From an uncultured delta proteobacterium (GTDB lineage Bacteria; Myxococcota_A; Polyangia; Polyangiales; Polyangiaceae), in NCBI GenBank assembly GCA_963841435.1, contig CAWJCS010000002.1:704001-768000 (forward strand): a stretch of 64,000 bases of DNA, in the 5' to 3' direction. The first letter of the stretch is position 1. Each line of letters begins with the position of its first letter. Under the pieces are notes generated by a model. It was not told the DNA's origin. It saw only the letters and a list, made by a program, of their open reading frames with translations, and made no database searches. Positions 48,587 through 57,613 of the stretch are shown piece after piece. Made by a program: the position numbers and the translations under genes.

Positions 48587-49439
48587 ATGAGGCTGATTCG
48601 CTTCGGCGCTCCCGGTAACGAGCGTCCCGGCGTGCTCGTTGGGGGCGATCGGCGCGACGTTTCCGAGGTATTTCGCGACTGGGATCGCGACTTCTTCGAG
48701 AGCGACGGGCTTGCGCAACTTGCGCAGCTTCTCGCACGCAGCGTCGCGACGTTGCCCGTCGTCGATGCGTCCGAGCGCTGGGCGTCGTGCGTGGCGCGAC
48801 CCGGCAAGGTGCTCTGCATCGGGCTCAACTATCGCGACCACGCGCGCGAGTCGGGTGCGGAGCTTCCCAAGGAGCCGGTGCTGTTCCTCAAGGCCGCCAA
48901 CACCGTCGTCGGTCCGTACGACGACGTTCAGGATTCCGCGCAGCAGCGCGAAGACGGATTGGGAGGTCGAGCTCGGCGTCGTCGTCGGCAAGCGTGCTCG
49001 CTACGTGCCTTCGGCGAGCGCGGCCCTCGAGCACGTCGCAGGCTACACGATCTCGCACGATGTCTCCGAGCGCGAGTTCCAGCTCGAGCGCGGTGGGCAG
49101 TGGACGAAGGGGAAGTCGTGCGACACCTTCAATCCGCTCGGGCCGTACCTGGCCACGCCTGACGAGGTGGGCGATCCTCAGGCTCTCGCGCTCGGTCTCG
49201 ACGTGAACGGCGTGCGCCGCCAGTCCGGAAATACGCGGGATATGGCGTTCGGGGTGGCCGAAATCGTTCGCTACGTGTCCGAGTTCATGACGCTCGAGGG
49301 CGGCGACGTCATCAGCACGGGGACGCCGGCGGGCGTCGGGCTCGGCATGAAGCCGCCCGTCTACCTGAAGAACGGCGACGTGTGCGAGCTGTTCGTGGAA
49401 AAGCTCGGCACCCAGCGCCAAACGTTTCGGAGCGAGTGA
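48587..49439 (+). CDS. Fumarylacetoacetate hydrolase family protein, +1 frameshift near 48931
   Basis: [17 protein letters not shown], then [25 protein letters not shown] and TGTPAGVG. Removing one G (CAG G ATT) restores 284 codons. Confidence 0.9.
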
Positions 49440-49458
49440 CCGAGCGCTGGCTGGGACT

Positions 49459-51168
49459 TCAGTCCTCGCCCAGCCAGGGAGCGAGGTACTTCGAGGTGAA
49501 ACGCGCGAAGGCGCGCGCCATGACCTCTTGGTACACTTCCTCGGGAGGGACCTCGCCGGCCTCGATGCGACGCCGTTCGGGAGCGAGCCACGCCGTGTGC
49601 TTGAACGTGTCGGGCGGCTCCTTGTCGGGCACGCTGAGCGTCGCCTCGGCGACGAGGCCGACGCCCGCGAAGATCGCGCGAGGCTTCTTGGTCACGAACG
49701 CGCCCGAGATCTCGAGGCGGTAACTCACGAACAGTGTCGGCACCTCGAAGCTGGGCGTGGATGTGCCTTCGACGGGTGGGCCGAGCTCGAAGTGCAAGAG
49801 GTCGGCCGGGAACACTTCGGCAAAGCCCGCAGTGAGCTCGTCGGCCGCGGCCTTTTCGGCCTTCCTGACCGGGGCGCCCACGAGGTAGCGGGTGGGCAGC
49901 GTCTTCTGCCCGCCGTAGTAGGCGCTCGCCGTGATCAAGTGCTCGTTCTTCTCGAGCGTGCGCGACTCGCGCTGGGCGAAGCGGATCTGAGCCTCGGGGC
50001 CGTGTTGATCCGCGTAGACGATCAAGCGGCGCGCGAGCAGCCATTCCTCGCGAGTGGGCTTGTGCTCCTTTTGGAAACGATCGAGGACGCCCGACAGGTA
50101 GGCGAAGCGGGCCTGCGGTAGCTCGGGCACGAGCGGGAGGTGTCGGGCGTGTCGCTTCTCGAAAGCGCGGAACGCCGTGATGGTGTTCTTCTTCTTCGTT
50201 TCCTCGAGCGCCGCGAGCAGCGCCGTGCGCAACGCTGCTTGAACCTCGGTCTGGATCTTCGAGCCTGGATGGCCCTCCATGTACCGCTCGATCGCTTCGA
50301 CCGAGTGCGCCGCGATCGCCTCGCGGAGCTCGGCACGCGGTAGGAGCAATTCGGTCACGTCGCTCCGCTTGCCGCCGCGCGAGAGATAGGCGCGGTAGCC
50401 CTCGACGCTGTCCTTCTGCCGTGCCACGGCGTAGATGGCTCGCTCACCGAGCGTGTTTCGCACCGCGAACGAGGCCACGCCGAGCAGCCCTAGCGCCACG
50501 AGCACCAAGACCGGCCACAGCACGAGCTTCTTGGGCGCGAGGGGCCGCATGGACTCCGACGGAGAGAACGGGTTTCTGAAACCGTTGTCGCGTAGCGGAT
50601 TGAGCAGCACCAGGTCGCGCTCCTCGAGCGTCCCGGTCCCCACGCGTTCTTTGAGCTCGGTCACCCGTTGCTCGAGCTCAGCGAGGTTCATGCTCGGCCC
50701 GACGGGGAAGGTGAAGCTGCCGCCGACGAATTCGAAGCTTGCACGACCCGGCACGATGGAGTGCTGCTTCAGATCCTCCCAGCCGTGCTGCACCAGGTGG
50801 GCGGAGCGTGCGTTGACGACACCGATCGGGAAGAGGTACGTGGTCTGTACGAACGGCAGCCGGGCGCGGCGGGCGACGCTGCGGCGTGCCATGAGCGCCG
50901 CAATGCCGGCCAGCACCGGCAGGGCGACGTGCAGGATCCCCATCCAGCGAGGCTGCACGGCGAGCGAGCTCTCGAGCTTTCCGTAGCCGAGCCCCGCGAG
51001 GTAGAGCCAGGCCGCGGCGAGCAGCACGGCGAGCAGCACCCAGCGCCATGCGCCGAGGGGCACGGCCTGCTTGCCGACGAGCAGCGGCGGCACGCCCAGG
51101 CCGCGGCTTGCGTTGACGAAGCGCTCCTGGACGGGACGCTCGAGCTTGTAGAATTCGAGGCGCTTCAT
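49459..51168 (-). CDS. Hypothetical membrane protein (3 TM plus large C-terminal domain)
   Basis: 569-aa ORF with TM segments and short helical repeats (GYRAYL, AIERYM, AFRAFE). Confidence 0.7.
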   Translation of the reverse strand: MKRLEFYKLERPVQERFVNASRGLGVPPLLVGKQAVPLGAWRWVLLAVLLAAAWLYLAGLGYGKLESSLAVQPRWMGILHVALPVLAGIAALMARRSVARRARLPFVQTTYLFPIGVVNARSAHLVQHGWEDLKQHSIVPGRASFEFVGGSFTFPVGPSMNLAELEQRVTELKERVGTGTLEERDLVLLNPLRDNGFRNPFSPSESMRPLAPKKLVLWPVLVLVALGLLGVASFAVRNTLGERAIYAVARQKDSVEGYRAYLSRGGKRSDVTELLLPRAELREAIAAHSVEAIERYMEGHPGSKIQTEVQAALRTALLAALEETKKKNTITAFRAFEKRHARHLPLVPELPQARFAYLSGVLDRFQKEHKPTREEWLLARRLIVYADQHGPEAQIRFAQRESRTLEKNEHLITASAYYGGQKTLPTRYLVGAPVRKAEKAAADELTAGFAEVFPADLLHFELGPPVEGTSTPSFEVPTLFVSYRLEISGAFVTKKPRAIFAGVGLVAEATLSVPDKEPPDTFKHTAWLAPERRRIEAGEVPPEEVYQEVMARAFARFTSKYLAPWLGED

Positions 51169-51340
51169 CGTACGACGGGCCGGAAGGGCCCGCGAGAATC
51201 GAGACTTACGACACTAGTCTCCATTGGGGCCCCCCTGCGAGGCAAGATCGTCGTCGGCGGCGGGGCGCGTGAAAAAGGGCTGCGGGGGGGCGCCCCTGCG
51301 GCCCCTGATCGCCGCGCCACGCTATGCTCGTTGCCGCGGC

Positions 51341-52681
51341 GTGCAAGATTTCGACTTCATCGTGATAGGCGGGGGGAGCGGTGGGCTGGCGGCCGCGCGC
51401 CGCGCTGCGCAGCACGGCGCCCGGGTGCTCTTGATCGAGGCGGGCCTCTTGGGCGGCACGTGCGTGAACGTTGGCTGCGTGCCCAAGAAGATATCGTACT
51501 ACGCCGCGGGGATCGCCGACGCCCTGCGCGACGCTGCCGACTACGGGTTCGACGTCGAGGTCCGCGGCTTCGATCTCGGCCGGCTCAAACGTGCTCGCGA
51601 CGCGTACGTCGAGCGCCTGCGAGGCATCTACGCAAAGAACCTGCTGGCGGACGGCGTCGAAAAGCTCTCCGGATGGGCACGCTTCGTTGACGCACACACC
51701 GTCGAGGTAGCCGGAGAGCGATACCGCGCTCGAAACGTCCTGATTGCCACGGGAGGCGCGCCCCGCATTCCGAACGTGCCCGGGCGCGAGCTCGGTATCA
51801 CTTCGGACGGCTTCTTCGAGCTCGAGCGAGCGCCGGCGCGCATCGTCATTGCGGGTGCCGGCTACGTCGCGCTCGAGCTCGCGGGCATTTTCCAAGCGCT
51901 CGGCACGAGCGTCGTCCTCTGTGCGCGCGGGCCCGCACTGCTGTCCGACTTCGATCCCATGCTCGGCGAAGCGGCGCGCCAGGAGCTCGAGCGTGCGGGG
52001 GGACGCGTGATGACCGACTTCGTGTTGGCGGAGGCCCGACCGACGGCGCCCGGGCGCGTGCTCCGTTCGCGCGACGGCCGGGAGGTCGAGGGCAACATGC
52101 TGCTTTGGGCCATTGGGCGCGTGCCCCAAACCGCGAACATCGGCCTCGAGGTGGTCGGAGTCGAGCTCGACACCGAGGGGCACGTCGTCGTCGACGAATA
52201 CCAGCGCGCGAGCGTCGCGGGGATCCACGCGCTCGGCGACGTGACCCATCGACACGGTCTCACGCCCGTCGCTATTGCGGCGGGCCGTAAGCTCGCGGAC
52301 CGCCTGTTCGGCGGCATGCCGGACGCGAAGCTCGACGAGAGCGACGTGCCCACCGTGATCTTCAGTCACCCGCCGATCGGCAGCGTCGGGCTGTCCGAGC
52401 CGGCGGCGCGCGCCCGCTTCGGTGATTCCGTTCGCACCTACACGAGCCGGTTCACGCCGCTTTACGACGGGGTGACCACGAAGAAGACGACGACGGCGCT
52501 CAAGCTCGTCGTGGTCGGCACCGAGGAGCGCGTGGTCGGCATCCACGCGGCCGGCCTCGGATTGGACGAGCTCTTGCAGGGGTTCGCGGTCGCCCTCAAG
52601 ATGGGGGCGACGAAGGTCGATCTCGACCGAACCGTCGCCATCCACCCGACCGCGGCCGAAGAGCTGGTGACGATGCGGTGA
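51341..52681 (+). CDS. gor: Glutathione-disulfide reductase
   Basis: [38 protein letters not shown] and [13 protein letters not shown]. Confidence 0.93.
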   Translation: MQDFDFIVIGGGSGGLAAARRAAQHGARVLLIEAGLLGGTCVNVGCVPKKISYYAAGIADALRDAADYGFDVEVRGFDLGRLKRARDAYVERLRGIYAKNLLADGVEKLSGWARFVDAHTVEVAGERYRARNVLIATGGAPRIPNVPGRELGITSDGFFELERAPARIVIAGAGYVALELAGIFQALGTSVVLCARGPALLSDFDPMLGEAARQELERAGGRVMTDFVLAEARPTAPGRVLRSRDGREVEGNMLLWAIGRVPQTANIGLEVVGVELDTEGHVVVDEYQRASVAGIHALGDVTHRHGLTPVAIAAGRKLADRLFGGMPDAKLDESDVPTVIFSHPPIGSVGLSEPAARARFGDSVRTYTSRFTPLYDGVTTKKTTTALKLVVVGTEERVVGIHAAGLGLDELLQGFAVALKMGATKVDLDRTVAIHPTAAEELVTMR

Positions 52682-52710
52682 AGGCGGTGAAGGCGGTGAA
52701 GGCGGTGAAG
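52675..52710 (+). repeat. (GCGGTGAAG)x4 tandem repeat spanning the gor stop codon
   Basis: Four perfect 9-bp copies read directly from the sequence. Confidence 0.9.
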
Positions 52711-52819
52711 AGCGATGCGGTTAAGACGCCCCGCAACATATGAGAGGTTGCTAGGCGCTCCAGATGCGATCATGATGATTGGTTGCGGGAATTGAGCTTT
52801 TTGAACCCCCCGCCCGAGC

Positions 52820-53977
52820 TTGCATAAACCCGTGCAACAAGACCCCCGACAGGCAAGGCGGCTGCGGGTGCGGGTGGCACTCGTCGCTGTCGTCGCGTTC
52901 GTTGGCTGCAACGTCTACGACTCCTCCCTGCTGACCGGGCAGGAATGGGGCGTCGCGGCCGGCGTGGGCGGTAGCGCGGGAGTTTCGGGCCTGGGGCAAG
53001 GGGGCGGGACCAGCGGCAGCGGGGGCAGCGGCGGCTCGGGCCTGACGGGCGGCTCGTCGGGCCGTGGTGGTGGTGGTGGTGGTGGAAATGGGGGCTCGAA
53101 CGGGGGCACCGGCGCGCTCGAGGGCGGCGCCATGGGCGAGGGGGGCCAGGGCGACACGGGCAGCGGCGGAACCACCGCCGGGGCGACGGGTGACGGCGGC
53201 ACGACCGGGGGCGCAAGCGGCGATGCCGGAACCGCCGGTGCGGGCGGAAGTAGCGGCAAGGGCGGCTCTTCGGGGGCGGGCGGCACCAGCGGCACCAGCG
53301 GCACCAGCGGCACCAGCGGCACCAGCGGCACCAGCGGCACCAGCGGCACCAGCGGCACCAGCGGCACCAGCGGCACCGCGGGTGCGGGCGGCACGAGCGG
53401 CGCGGGCAGCGGCGGTGGTGGCACGGGCGGCGGCGCCGAAACGTGCACGGGCTGCGCTCGGCTCTCGGTCCCGCTCGCCGCGACCGGCGACCATGCTCAC
53501 TACGTCTTGGCGCTGCCCTCGACGACGAATCTTGCCGCCGCCACGATCACCGTGCGCTTCGTGAGGTTCAAGGGTACCGGCGGTCGCGTCAGGTTCTACG
53601 TCCAGCACGGGGGCAGCCCCGACTACAGCTGGGATTTGGGTCCCGAGACGCCCATCGCCAACATCGCGACGAGCGGGACCAACGTCGCGTGGGACATCGC
53701 GAGCACGTCGAGCACGTTCGACCGCACGGTCATCGCGCGGATCGGGATCGAGGTGAACGGTGCGAGCGCGACCGCGTGGACCAATCCGACGGTGCTCTAC
53801 GTCGATCGCATCGACGTGTCCGGGGCTAGCCCCGCCCTGGCCGCTTCGACCTTCGACGCCGCCTCGTCGGTGGACACGACGCCGACGAGCAGCGGCCCGA
53901 CGGGCCCGCTCTGGCTCAACAGCTACAGCGGCGACACCAACGTCACGGGCGCCGCGCTCGGCTGGCTCGGGCCCTGA
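52820..53977 (+). CDS. Gly-rich-linker lipoprotein with C-terminal carbohydrate-binding-like beta-sandwich
   Basis: Lipobox FVGC (CNVYDSSLL), long G/S/T linker, then a beta-rich domain with RIGIEV and LYVDRI. Start uncertain. Confidence 0.7.
   Translation: MHKPVQQDPRQARRLRVRVALVAVVAFVGCNVYDSSLLTGQEWGVAAGVGGSAGVSGLGQGGGTSGSGGSGGSGLTGGSSGRGGGGGGGNGGSNGGTGALEGGAMGEGGQGDTGSGGTTAGATGDGGTTGGASGDAGTAGAGGSSGKGGSSGAGGTSGTSGTSGTSGTSGTSGTSGTSGTSGTSGTAGAGGTSGAGSGGGGTGGGAETCTGCARLSVPLAATGDHAHYVLALPSTTNLAAATITVRFVRFKGTGGRVRFYVQHGGSPDYSWDLGPETPIANIATSGTNVAWDIASTSSTFDRTVIARIGIEVNGASATAWTNPTVLYVDRIDVSGASPALAASTFDAASSVDTTPTSSGPTGPLWLNSYSGDTNVTGAALGWLGP
53282..53377 (+). repeat. (GGCACCAGC)x10.7 in-frame tandem repeat encoding (GTS)10
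   Basis: Ten perfect 9-bp copies plus GGCACC. Confidence 0.92.
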
Positions 53978-53998
53978 CCGAGCTTCGCGCGAACCAGG

Positions 53999-55279
53999 CT
54001 AGAGCAGCCCGGCCTCGGTCATGAAGGTGCGCTCGACGCGCCCGTAGTCCACGCGCACGTCGAGGCGTGAAAGCACCGAATAGAAACCGAATTGCAGGCG
54101 ATTCAAGAACAGCATCGCGGGCGGGAGCATGACGAAGCTGTTGTCCTTCGCCCAGAACAGCTTCTTCATCGCCTTGAGCTCCTCCACGAGGCTCGTCGTG
54201 TAAGTGCGGGTGATGTGGAACGGCGAGTGGAACATCGGATCGAAACAGCGCCGCGAGTACTCGACGGCGCGCGTTCCGTAGGCGCCGCCGTGCGTGCCGA
54301 GCAGGATCTCGGCCTGGCGCGCGAACTCGGCTTCGTTGCGTGAAAGCGCCGCGAGATGCATGGCGCGCGCCGTCGGCAGCCGATCGGCCGCGATCGGTTG
54401 CACGCAACCGAAGTCGAGGAACGTGACCAAGCCGTCAGGGCCGAACAGGTAATTGCCAGGGTGAGGGTCGGCGTTGAACATCCCGCCGACGAGGTTTCCC
54501 TTGAACACGAAGCGCCACAACGTCTCCGCCCAGGCGCGGCGCTCGGCTTCGCTCGCCTCGGTGGCGCGCTCGTACGAGATGCCCCCGGCGAGCGCCGTCG
54601 TGAGCACGCGTCGGCTCGAGCGCTCGGGCATGACCTCGGGTATCTTGATCTTCTCGTCGCCTGCGTGAAGCTTCGCGAACGCACGCTGCCGCTCCGCTTC
54701 GAGCTCGTAGTCGAGCTCCTCGCGGAAGCGCGTGGCGACCTCGTCGTAGGCCGCCTGCGCGTTCAGGCCGCGCGGGCCGAGCGCCGAAACGAGGCCCTGC
54801 ATCAGGCCGGCGTTCTTGAGGTCGCTTTCCACGGCACTCGCGATGCCTGGATGCTGCACCTTCACCGCGACCTGGCGGCCGTCGGGCAGGGTGGCGCGGT
54901 GAACCTGGCCGATCGACGCGCTCGCGAAGGGTCGCTCGTCGAAGGTCTCGAAGAGCTTGCCGATGGGCGCGCCGAGCTCGTCCTCGATGAGGCCGCGGAT
55001 CGCGTCCGGCGAGGAACGGGGTGCCCTGTCACGCAGCCTCGCGAGCGCTCGCTCGTAGGTCTCGCGCTGTGCTTCCGGAACGAGCCCATCGACGTAGCTC
55101 AGCGTCTGGCCGACCTTCGCCGCGAGTCCGCGCAGGGTGCCGAGGACCTCGGCGGCGTACTCGGCCGCGTCGGGCCCGCTCTTCGAGACGATGAAGCCCG
55201 CTCCGGCTCGCGCGCCCACCCCGGCGAGTCGGACCACGCGCCCGAGACGCCCGGTTGGCAGGCTCGGGGTTTTGGACAT
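53999..55279 (-). CDS. ABC1/AarF/UbiB family atypical kinase
   Basis: KVGQ, ASASIGQVHRA, VAVKVQHPG, EELDYELEA, ADPHPGN and LDFG. Confidence 0.92.
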   Translation of the reverse strand: MSKTPSLPTGRLGRVVRLAGVGARAGAGFIVSKSGPDAAEYAAEVLGTLRGLAAKVGQTLSYVDGLVPEAQRETYERALARLRDRAPRSSPDAIRGLIEDELGAPIGKLFETFDERPFASASIGQVHRATLPDGRQVAVKVQHPGIASAVESDLKNAGLMQGLVSALGPRGLNAQAAYDEVATRFREELDYELEAERQRAFAKLHAGDEKIKIPEVMPERSSRRVLTTALAGGISYERATEASEAERRAWAETLWRFVFKGNLVGGMFNADPHPGNYLFGPDGLVTFLDFGCVQPIAADRLPTARAMHLAALSRNEAEFARQAEILLGTHGGAYGTRAVEYSRRCFDPMFHSPFHITRTYTTSLVEELKAMKKLFWAKDNSFVMLPPAMLFLNRLQFGFYSVLSRLDVRVDYGRVERTFMTEAGLL

Positions 55280-55356
55280 GCTCCGATGCTAGCGGATTTT
55301 CGAGAACGGGCCGCTCGGCGTCTGGCCGAGCCCGGAGACCGCCGTGCCGGTGCCGG

Positions 55357-56322
55357 TCAGCCGAGGGTCGGATCCGGCGACCCGGAGACGATCCCTGGCG
55401 CGGCTTTCTTGGTGGCGTGCGGCAGCTGCAGGGCCGGATCGTACACCCGCGCCGGAGGCTCTTTGATGTCCCAGACGAGGCCGACGAGCCCGAGTAGACG
55501 TAGCAAGTAGTAGGTGAGGTCGATTTCCCACCAGTAGAAGCCCTGGCGCGTCGAGCCCATGAAGTGGTGGTGGTTGTTGTGCCAACCCTCGCCCATCGTG
55601 ACGATGGCGAGCACCCAGTTGTTCGTGCTCGCGTCGCCCGCGTCGTAGCGCTGCGTGCCGAGCATGTGCGAGAGCGAGTTGATGGTGAACGTACCGTGCC
55701 AGAGGAGCGCCGTGCTGAGGAAGAAGCCGATCAGCAGGCCGGACCAGCCGAACAGGAGCCAGACACTCACGCCGAGCAGCGCCGGGGGCAAGAACCAGAA
55801 CTTGTTCAGGAACACGAGCTCGGGGTAGCGCGCAAGGTCGCGCACCTTGCTGTAGTCGGTCTTCTCGGTGTGGTCGTAGAGCCAGCCGAAGTGCGAGTAC
55901 CAGAAACCGCGCCGCGAATCGTGGGGGTCGCCGTCCTGATCGGAGAGCTTGTGGTGCACCCTGTGCTTCGAGGCCCACCAGATCACGCCCTTCTGCGAGC
56001 TCGACATGGCGAGGACGGCCAGCAAGAACTGGAAGAAGCGGCTCGTCTTGTAGGTGCGGTGCGAAAAGTAGCGGTGGTAAACGCCCGTGACCCCGAACAT
56101 CCGGATCCAGTAAAGAGCCACGCAGACCGCCCAGTCCTGCCACTTGGTCCCGGTATAAAACGCGAGCAGCGGCAGTGCGTGGACGATGATGAAGGGGGTG
56201 GCCCCCAACCACTGGTACTCGGAGAGCTTCGTGGCGCGCTGCGTGGGGGCCGGCGGATCGTAGGAAACGGAAAGAAGGCTCACCTCCCGAAGATGGCATC
56301 GGGTGGCGATGGCCACGGTCAC
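55357..56322 (-). CDS. Acyl-CoA (delta-9) fatty acid desaturase
   Basis: His boxes YHRYFSH, HRVHH and GEGWHNNHH. Start may be slightly later. Confidence 0.92.
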   Translation of the reverse strand: MTVAIATRCHLREVSLLSVSYDPPAPTQRATKLSEYQWLGATPFIIVHALPLLAFYTGTKWQDWAVCVALYWIRMFGVTGVYHRYFSHRTYKTSRFFQFLLAVLAMSSSQKGVIWWASKHRVHHKLSDQDGDPHDSRRGFWYSHFGWLYDHTEKTDYSKVRDLARYPELVFLNKFWFLPPALLGVSVWLLFGWSGLLIGFFLSTALLWHGTFTINSLSHMLGTQRYDAGDASTNNWVLAIVTMGEGWHNNHHHFMGSTRQGFYWWEIDLTYYLLRLLGLVGLVWDIKEPPARVYDPALQLPHATKKAAPGIVSGSPDPTLG

Positions 56323-56434
56323 GGTTCTGTCAGAAACCCGTCAGAGGGGGGGGGCCGCGAGCGGGCGAGCGGCCGGTCGGCCCGTCGCCGGCAGGCGGGT
56401 GGTCTCGCCGGCGCTCAGCCTGGAACGAGGCCGC

Positions 56435-56647
56435 TCATTTCCGCAAGACGAGGTTCAAGAGCAGTGTGAGCAAAAGGCTCACCAGGATCGATGTCGCAAG
56501 CGGTGCGTAGAGCCGGAAGCCCTTCCGTTCGACGACGATGTCGCCCGGCAGTCGGCCGAGCCCGAGCTTGTCCGCGAGGAGAAGCGCGCCACCGACCACG
56601 ATCAGGAGCACGCCGAACGCGAGGAGGCCGCGGCCGAGCTGGCTCAT
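56435..56647 (-). CDS. DUF2905 family small membrane protein
   Basis: LGRLPGDI...YAPLATSILVSLLLT. Confidence 0.88.
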   Translation of the reverse strand: MSQLGRGLLAFGVLLIVVGGALLLADKLGLGRLPGDIVVERKGFRLYAPLATSILVSLLLTLLLNLVLRK

Positions 56648-57561
56648 GCGCCGGTTTTTCCACCTTCCGCGGGCGCCAGCAAGTGCTTCGACATGGCGCG
56701 GTGAGGCACCGTCACCTCGATGAAGGGCTCGCCTTGCGGCTCGTACCCGAGCCGCTCGTAAAACGGCACCGCGGGCTCGCGCGCGTTCAGCACCATCTCC
56801 GAGAAGCCCCGCGCGCGGGCGACGGACTCCGAGTAGGCGACCAGACGCGACCCGATGCCAGCCTTCTGTCGATCGAACTCGACGGCGACCTGACGCATCT
56901 TGACGCGGCCTTCACCGCGATCTTCGAGCATCAAACAGGCGGCGAGCCGCTCGCCCTCGAAGGCACCGAGGTGCACCAGGCTCCTTTCGGTGGCGCGTTC
57001 CTCCGGACCGGGGCGCAACCCGAGCGGCTCCCTGAGCACGCGCGTTCGGAGCACGACGCTCGCGTCGTATTCGCTGGTGCCGAAGCTGATCTCGCGAAGG
57101 TCGAGCACGCCGCCCGCCGCGATGCCCCACAGGACCGTCGCGATGGCTCCGAACAAGCACAGGGCGCCGGGCGGCACGAGCAGCACGCCGAGCCCAGGGT
57201 CGCCTCCGTGCACGAACAGCCCGCCGAGTAAGAAGCCGCCGGGCAAGAGCACGGTCGCCGCGCCGAGCAGCGCCCCCGCGCGCTTCGCCCGTTCCAGGCT
57301 CGGGGCATGGCGTGACTCGAGCGTGAGCCCGAACACCACGTGCAGGAGCGAGAGCAGCGTGCCGTGCGCATGCGCTAGCCTGAACGACAGCCGGCGCGCC
57401 TCGTTCCCCACGTCGAGATAAGAGCCCACCTTGAAGCCGTGCAGCGCCTCGAGCACGACGCCGAGCGAGAGGAAGACGAGCAGCCCGGCATAGCCGACGC
57501 GCAGGTGACGGACGGCAAGGGCACTCAGCGAGGGGCGCCGGGGCGTCTTCGGCTCGTTCAT
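56644..57561 (-). CDS. 4-TM membrane domain (HAH motif) fused to a YjcF/ElaA-like GNAT acetyltransferase
   Basis: LEALHGFK...RLAHAHGTL...LLPGGFLLGG...DPG, then LRTRVLREPLG, MRQVAV...QKAGIGS, LNARE and FYERLGY. Confidence 0.75.
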   Translation of the reverse strand: MNEPKTPRRPSLSALAVRHLRVGYAGLLVFLSLGVVLEALHGFKVGSYLDVGNEARRLSFRLAHAHGTLLSLLHVVFGLTLESRHAPSLERAKRAGALLGAATVLLPGGFLLGGLFVHGGDPGLGVLLVPPGALCLFGAIATVLWGIAAGGVLDLREISFGTSEYDASVVLRTRVLREPLGLRPGPEERATERSLVHLGAFEGERLAACLMLEDRGEGRVKMRQVAVEFDRQKAGIGSRLVAYSESVARARGFSEMVLNAREPAVPFYERLGYEPQGEPFIEVTVPHRAMSKHLLAPAEGGKTGA

Positions 57562-57613
57562 CCCGCTCGGGGAATAGATCATGATCGGCGGCGAAACACC
57601 ACGCCCACGAAGC

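Noticed and set aside
48268-49439. GGCT and FAH genes as part of the peptide system
   Set aside because: They are divergent, common housekeeping-type families, and nothing in the sequence links them beyond adjacency.
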